NCBI GenBank assembly: GCA_002269645.1
Contig: NIVC01000010.1
Span: 310,001-374,000 of the forward strand
Direction of reading: 5' to 3'
DNA from: Macrostomum lignano
Lineage: Eukaryota
DNA: 64,000 nucleotides
The position numbers and the translations under genes were made by a program. The notes beneath the pieces were generated by a model. The model saw nothing but the letters and a program-made list of their open reading frames with translations, was not told the origin of the DNA and searched no databases. Below are positions 59,086-64,000 of this stretch, one piece after another; positions within the stretch are counted from its first letter, which is position 1; each line of letters starts with the position of its first letter.

Positions 59086-62000
59086 TCAGGTGCGATAAAA
59101 AATTCTAGTTTTCTTGGCCAAGCGTTCGCTTCGCCTGGGTGACGGCTTGGATTGAACTCCAACCTCAGTCTGTTGCTGTTGTGCTCTCTCAGCTTGTTCT
59201 GTTCCCAGTAGTATCTCAGTGTCTGTCGATGACGGACGCGTCTGTTGGCCGTCGTCACTTGGACTGCTGCCACCGGGCTTGGAATCCCCCATTTCCGTAG
59301 TTCCGTGAGCCTCAGGTACCTCACCGATTCGTAGTTGATCAAGGTGGGTCTTTAGATTTCGTCCAGTCTCTGTGGTAACGACTGCTGTGTTGCTGCCAAG
59401 CATTTTGGCGAATCTCATAGTTCGTGGCTCATGAGAACTCGATGCACGGTAGATGAGTGATTCTCCTGGGATCCACTTGGACTGAGTGCTGCTCTCCAAA
59501 ATGGGGAGTCTTATTTGTCTGCCGTTCAACAACTCGGACGGTGATGCTTGCTGCTTCCCTTTGGCAGCTCTGTAGAACAGTAGAAATCTGTCAATACTTC
59601 TTTGGGATAAACCATTGGTCTTGATTGTCTCTTTGATGGTTCGCACCATTCGCTCTGCAATGCTGTTGCTCTGTGGATGGTAGGCGGGCATTGTGATGTG
59701 CGAACAGCCAATCTGGGTGAGCCAGCCGGTCTCCGCTTCGCTCACAAAACTAGGGCCATTGTCTGACACAAGACACTTGGGCACCCCCTGTTGTGAGAAC
59801 AATCTTCTAAGTCTGGAAATGACTGTGTCGGCCTTCATGTCGCTCGTGATGAAGACTTCCGGGTAGCTCGAGTGCGCATCCACAATGATGAGTAGGTACT
59901 TGCCCTCTATCGGACTGGCAAAATCAATGTGCACTCGCTCCCAGGGGTTGTCAGGTTCTGGCCACGAGTGCCGAAAGTTCTTATTTCTGGACTTGTACGC
60001 GTTGCACACGTTGCATCGTCCAATGTAGTCAGCGATGTCACGGTCCATCTGTGGCCACCAGAACTGTTCCCTCAAAATTGACTTTGACTTTTCCACCCCA
60101 AGGTGCGTTGAGTGTACAGCTGCCAGGGCAGTTTCTCTCAGGACACGAGGCAATACAATTCTGTTCATTCTGTAAATAATTCCATCATTGACAGTTAGCT
60201 CATCTTGAACTTTCGAGTAGCTAAGTAGGTGTGGGTCGTCAAATAGATTATTGTTAATTATGGCTGCGCCCAGGCATCTGAACTCCAGGTCCTCTCTGGT
60301 TGCGTGTGCAATGCGATCCAGCTGAATTACTCCCGGGTTGTCAGCTTCGAGGAGTCCGATCGATGCTGTCTGTGCATTCGGCTTAGCGGGCACCAGTCGA
60401 GATAGCGCATCCGACAGCATTAGCTTTGATGGTTGATACTGTATGACATAGTCATAAGCAGCTAGCATGATTGCCCATCGTTGTAGTCGAGCTGAAACTC
60501 TGGTGGGCAGCTGTTTGTCTGGCGCGAATATGTATGTGAGGGGCTGGTGATCAGTTATCAGTGTGAACCTCCGGCCATACAAGAACCGATGGCATCTTTG
60601 AATGCACCAAACCAGTGCCAGGCCTTCACACTCTATTTGTGAATATTTTGTTTCGGCGTCAGACAGAGTCTTGCTCATGTACAGCACAACTTGACCGCTT
60701 TGTGTCAACATTCCACCCAGAGCTCGCTGAGAACTGTCGCATTCCAGTTCAATGGGCTTCTCCGGATCAAATATTTGAAGACTCGATTGATCAGAGAGAG
60801 TGACCTTGATTTCATCAAATGCTATTTGACACTCCTTTGTCCACACGAAGTCCTCATTTTTCTTTCTTAGTCGATTGAGAGGCTTGGTCAGTGCAGCTAG
60901 GTTTCTGATGAACTTGCCGCTAAAATTTACGAGACCCAGGAAAGATTCAAGCTCGCCAACGTTCTGCAGTGGTGTCATGTCCTGGATTGCCTTCACTTTG
61001 GCTGGGTCCGGCTTGAGCTGATCTCCTTCCAATAAGTAGCCTAGAAACTTGATTGAAGTCTTGCGGAATTCACTTTTCGCCGTGTTGATCTTCAATCCTT
61101 GCTGGTTTAGTTGATGCAATACTTCCGTCTCACGAACTGCCAATTGTTCTACGCCTTTGCTGCATATCAATATGTCGTCTACGTAGGCAATGACGCCAGG
61201 AATTCCTTGTAGGACTTGGCTAATGTACCGCTGGAAGATCGCAGGTGCTGTTTTCACTCCGAACGGAAGCTTGTTGAAAGCGAACATCCCAAATGGTGTT
61301 GACATTACTGTCAGCTCTTTGGAAGCTTCATCTAGTGGGATCTGGTGATAAGCTTTCTCTAGGTCCAGACGAGTGTATATCCGGCTGCCAGCAGCAGTTG
61401 CAATCACTTCGTCAGGTGCAGGCATCGAATATGAATCGTTGATAAGATGAGAATTGATTGTCACCTTGTAGTCGACGCAAAGTCTGAGCTTTCCAGAAGG
61501 TTTCTTGACCACGACAATTGGTGAGGCCCATTCACCGAAGTTGACGGGCTTGATGGTGTCTTCTTCAAGCAACCGATCGATTTCATCCTTGACTCCCTGT
61601 CTGAGTGCGAAGGGTAGCGGCCTGGGTTTGCAATGAATTGGAGTGGTTCCTTCCTTGATCTTAAGAGTTACTGGTGGAAATTCGCATGACTGGGTTGCCA
61701 ATGTGCAGCTGTTGTCTACAGCGTTTAGCGTGAAATTGAGCTTGTCTCGGCCAACCAGAACAAAGTTCCTCTGCGATTCTACAATGAAGAATGTGATTGG
61801 AATGAACTCGTCATTGTACTCCAACTCAGTGTCGTGTGTTCCAAAGACCTTCATCTGCGTATCAGCGTATGTTGTCAGAACAGTGTCTGTAGGTGTCAGC
61901 TTTGGACAACCCAATCGTTTCCAGATCGTTTTTGACATTACCGAAACTCCTGCCCCAGTATCGATTTGTGCGTTCACGCTAAGCATTGACCCGCTCGTGT

Positions 62001-63045
62001 GTCTGAGCCTAACAGGCACGGTGTAGCTATCAACGGGATGTCGAATGTGAAAACAATCCTCCTGTTCAGCTTCGCTTGCATCTACAAAGCTTGTGGTCCC
62101 TGGCCACACTGCAGTTCGCCTAAATTGACCAGATGCTGATGGAATTTTGAACGATTTTCGGCCTTTGCCAAAACCAGTTGATTTCGTTTTGCAAACTGTT
62201 GCGAAGTAGTTTTGCATGCCACATTTGTTGCACGTTTTTCCTTTCGCAGGACACCCTCCATTGGAGCCATGCATTGTGCCACATCTGCCACACTTGGAGC
62301 TTGTAGAGTGGGAGCCTCTGGTCACCGATGCTGAAATTTTCATTACTTCAGAAGACTGCGGCTGACTGGTGCAACCCTTTAGTATTTGCGTTTGTGATAG
62401 GTTCTGGTGCGCCTCAGCGATGTTGATAGCTGTCTCAAACGTGAGAGTGCTGAAGTCCTGTTCCAATAACTTGCTGATGGCCACCTTGTCATTCAAACCG
62501 AATACGAGCTGATCTCTCAGTCTCTCATCTCTGGATAGGCCAAACTGACACTTGTCTGCTTGCATGCAGAGTTGCTGTGCATACTCACAAATGCTCATTG
62601 ATGCCGTGCGAGTGATATGCTGGAAATTGAATCTCTTAGCCATGACGAACGTCTTTGGTTCCAGGATGCTAGCCAGTAGTTTGGTCAGTTCATCGAAGCT
62701 CTTTTCTCCCGGCTTCTTGGGAGCGGCTCGATCTACCAATGCGTCGTACAGCTTGGTGCTGAGCTTCATCAGCAGCAGCTTGTTTTTCGTGTCGTCCTGC
62801 CAGCCGTTGAGTTCGCTGCACAATGTGAATCGGTCCAACCACCTCTGGAAGTTCGAACTTTCATCGAGTTTTTCGATGTCAACTTGCTGTCCTCTCGATA
62901 CTTGTGCGCTTGGGTTCTGCACTGTCGCTGTTGCCGACTTTGTCGCTTGGACTGATTTCGACGAGATCGCAAGCGGTGGTGCTTTGTTGCTCAAAACCGT
63001 TTTACCAACTCCTTTAGTTGGCGATGCTGGCGTACTTCCAGGCAT
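59086..63045 (-). CDS. Gag-Pol polyprotein (gag, Zn knuckles, protease, RT, RNase H, integrase), 1319 aa
   Basis: Single ORF with CGRCG..H...CPA and CNKCG knuckles, IDTGA protease, YVDD RT, CDSS RNase H, and HHCC plus DFA/DNGP/ERMVRT integrase motifs, in gypsy order PR-RT-RH-IN. Confidence 0.96.
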   Translation of the reverse strand: MPGSTPASPTKGVGKTVLSNKAPPLAISSKSVQATKSATATVQNPSAQVSRGQQVDIEKLDESSNFQRWLDRFTLCSELNGWQDDTKNKLLLMKLSTKLYDALVDRAAPKKPGEKSFDELTKLLASILEPKTFVMAKRFNFQHITRTASMSICEYAQQLCMQADKCQFGLSRDERLRDQLVFGLNDKVAISKLLEQDFSTLTFETAINIAEAHQNLSQTQILKGCTSQPQSSEVMKISASVTRGSHSTSSKCGRCGTMHGSNGGCPAKGKTCNKCGMQNYFATVCKTKSTGFGKGRKSFKIPSASGQFRRTAVWPGTTSFVDASEAEQEDCFHIRHPVDSYTVPVRLRHTSGSMLSVNAQIDTGAGVSVMSKTIWKRLGCPKLTPTDTVLTTYADTQMKVFGTHDTELEYNDEFIPITFFIVESQRNFVLVGRDKLNFTLNAVDNSCTLATQSCEFPPVTLKIKEGTTPIHCKPRPLPFALRQGVKDEIDRLLEEDTIKPVNFGEWASPIVVVKKPSGKLRLCVDYKVTINSHLINDSYSMPAPDEVIATAAGSRIYTRLDLEKAYHQIPLDEASKELTVMSTPFGMFAFNKLPFGVKTAPAIFQRYISQVLQGIPGVIAYVDDILICSKGVEQLAVRETEVLHQLNQQGLKINTAKSEFRKTSIKFLGYLLEGDQLKPDPAKVKAIQDMTPLQNVGELESFLGLVNFSGKFIRNLAALTKPLNRLRKKNEDFVWTKECQIAFDEIKVTLSDQSSLQIFDPEKPIELECDSSQRALGGMLTQSGQVVLYMSKTLSDAETKYSQIECEGLALVWCIQRCHRFLYGRRFTLITDHQPLTYIFAPDKQLPTRVSARLQRWAIMLAAYDYVIQYQPSKLMLSDALSRLVPAKPNAQTASIGLLEADNPGVIQLDRIAHATREDLEFRCLGAAIINNNLFDDPHLLSYSKVQDELTVNDGIIYRMNRIVLPRVLRETALAAVHSTHLGVEKSKSILREQFWWPQMDRDIADYIGRCNVCNAYKSRNKNFRHSWPEPDNPWERVHIDFASPIEGKYLLIIVDAHSSYPEVFITSDMKADTVISRLRRLFSQQGVPKCLVSDNGPSFVSEAETGWLTQIGCSHITMPAYHPQSNSIAERMVRTIKETIKTNGLSQRSIDRFLLFYRAAKGKQQASPSELLNGRQIRLPILESSTQSKWIPGESLIYRASSSHEPRTMRFAKMLGSNTAVVTTETGRNLKTHLDQLRIGEVPEAHGTTEMGDSKPGGSSPSDDGQQTRPSSTDTEILLGTEQAERAQQQQTEVGVQSKPSPRRSERLAKKTRIFYRT

Positions 63046-63073
63046 TTTTGTAGCCTATGCTTGCCGACGCCAC

Positions 63074-63232
63074 TGTTGTGCTTTTGGCTTTTAGCCTTTA
63101 GCAATTGTCAGTCTAGCGGTCTGCTAACCTCTGACGCGTCTATTATTTATTTCATAACTCAATAGCATGGTTCAATTCATCAACGCAGTCGTGTAACAAA
63201 AATGTCTATGGCAAAGCCATCAACCCACAACA
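63074..63232 (-). repeat. 5' LTR
   Basis: Direct repeat of 58891-59049, followed on the minus strand by the PBS. Confidence 0.97.
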
Positions 63233-64000
63233 CTTTTACCTTTTAGTTTCTATATGTATATGTCAAAAATCCTGTTGTTACGACCATAAGTGTCATTTAA
63301 GGTTTAATAGCATCTATACTAATGATGATATCTATATGAAACTCTATAAATATATTCTAGACAAAATAATCTTTCATGTAAAATATTGGTTTAGTATATT
63401 CTATTATTAGATTTCATTTTATAAGTAAAAATAGCCTGTCATGTTACAACCGTGCTTATACGGAATGAGCCAATTCAGTAACTCTGAGGTACCAATATTA
63501 TAAAAATATTATCAATTATATAGTGGCTAATGTTTTTATCTGATTATGCAAGTATTATAATTTTATCTATAGTTTGTTTCAACCTTCCAAAACTTTTCAT
63601 TTGTTTTTAAAAGGTACACAAAGTTAATGATGTCTTCTGCTTAGAAAAATGTCCAAATTTTTACAAAAAAAACTTTTTGCCAATTGATAACATAGGCCTA
63701 CTAATACAACATTTTACCATTCATTTATTCTTAGATGGTATATATTACACATTTAAAACATTTGGCAAAAAATTGGCTGATAAGGCAATGGCAGGCAAAA
63801 ATTTTGACTTTTTCTATTTTCCAAATATGTCCATCTTATCTGGAATGAGCCTTTGGCTTTTCTGAGTCTTTAAGTTAGGGCTAAAAGCTGGAGCAAGAGG
63901 GTACTATTGCTATCTACACCCTAGGAGATCAATGTATATGTAAGAATAAAGAATGTACAGTGGGTAAGGGTATGCATATTAGCTTGTGCTCCCTTCCTCA

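Larger units (their letters stand above)
58891..63232 (-). mobile_element. Complete Ty3/gypsy LTR retrotransposon (Mag-like), 4342 bp
   Basis: 159-bp TG...CA LTRs (58891-59049, 63074-63232) differ at 3 positions. 5-bp TSD CTTTT; PBS-like TGGCGTCGG next to the 5' LTR; PPT AGAAGAGGGAGGG next to the 3' LTR. Confidence 0.97.
58343..63851. mobile_element. Older AT-rich foldback/MITE-like element interrupted by the Gypsy insertion
   Basis: 58343-~58660 and ~63525-63851 are diverged inverted copies (GGCTTATTCCATATAAGATGG vs reverse complement GGCTCATTCCAGATAAGATGG). GTTACGACCATAA motifs occur on both sides of the Gypsy. Confidence 0.58.

Noticed and set aside
61643-63094. Plus-strand ORFs of 127-180 aa within the Gypsy element
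   Set aside because: They are antisense shadows of the gag-pol ORF, with no independent features.

Overview
Eukaryotic (animal, most likely invertebrate) genomic DNA, very rich in tandem repeats. The repeat-stuffed introns and GC-rich host codons resemble Macrostomum-type flatworm assemblies, but that is inference only. I reconstructed spliced genes by hand, checking GT-AG sites and phases. Host genes on the + strand: a 4-exon DEG/ENaC channel (8356-12590), a 5-exon type-I membrane protein I cannot assign to a family and that the ORF track largely misses (20250-23488), an 8-exon AP-2 transcription factor (31718-38396), and the first coding exon of a CEP43/FGFR1OP-like gene (55956-56033). Mobile elements: a full-length LOA/Lian-like LINE with RNase H and an 11-bp TSD (1549-7298); a probable 10.6-kb CMC/EnSpm DNA transposon with a transposase and a divergently transcribed 6-exon DUF4806/BEN-like accessory gene (38988-49624); a complete Mag-like Ty3/gypsy element with 159-bp LTRs and a 5-bp TSD (58891-63232); a mariner derivative with two 3' ends; several MITEs; and a probable tRNA-derived SINE. 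Most long ORFs in the track are artefacts of micro/minisatellites. I found no CRISPR array, rRNA or intact tRNA.
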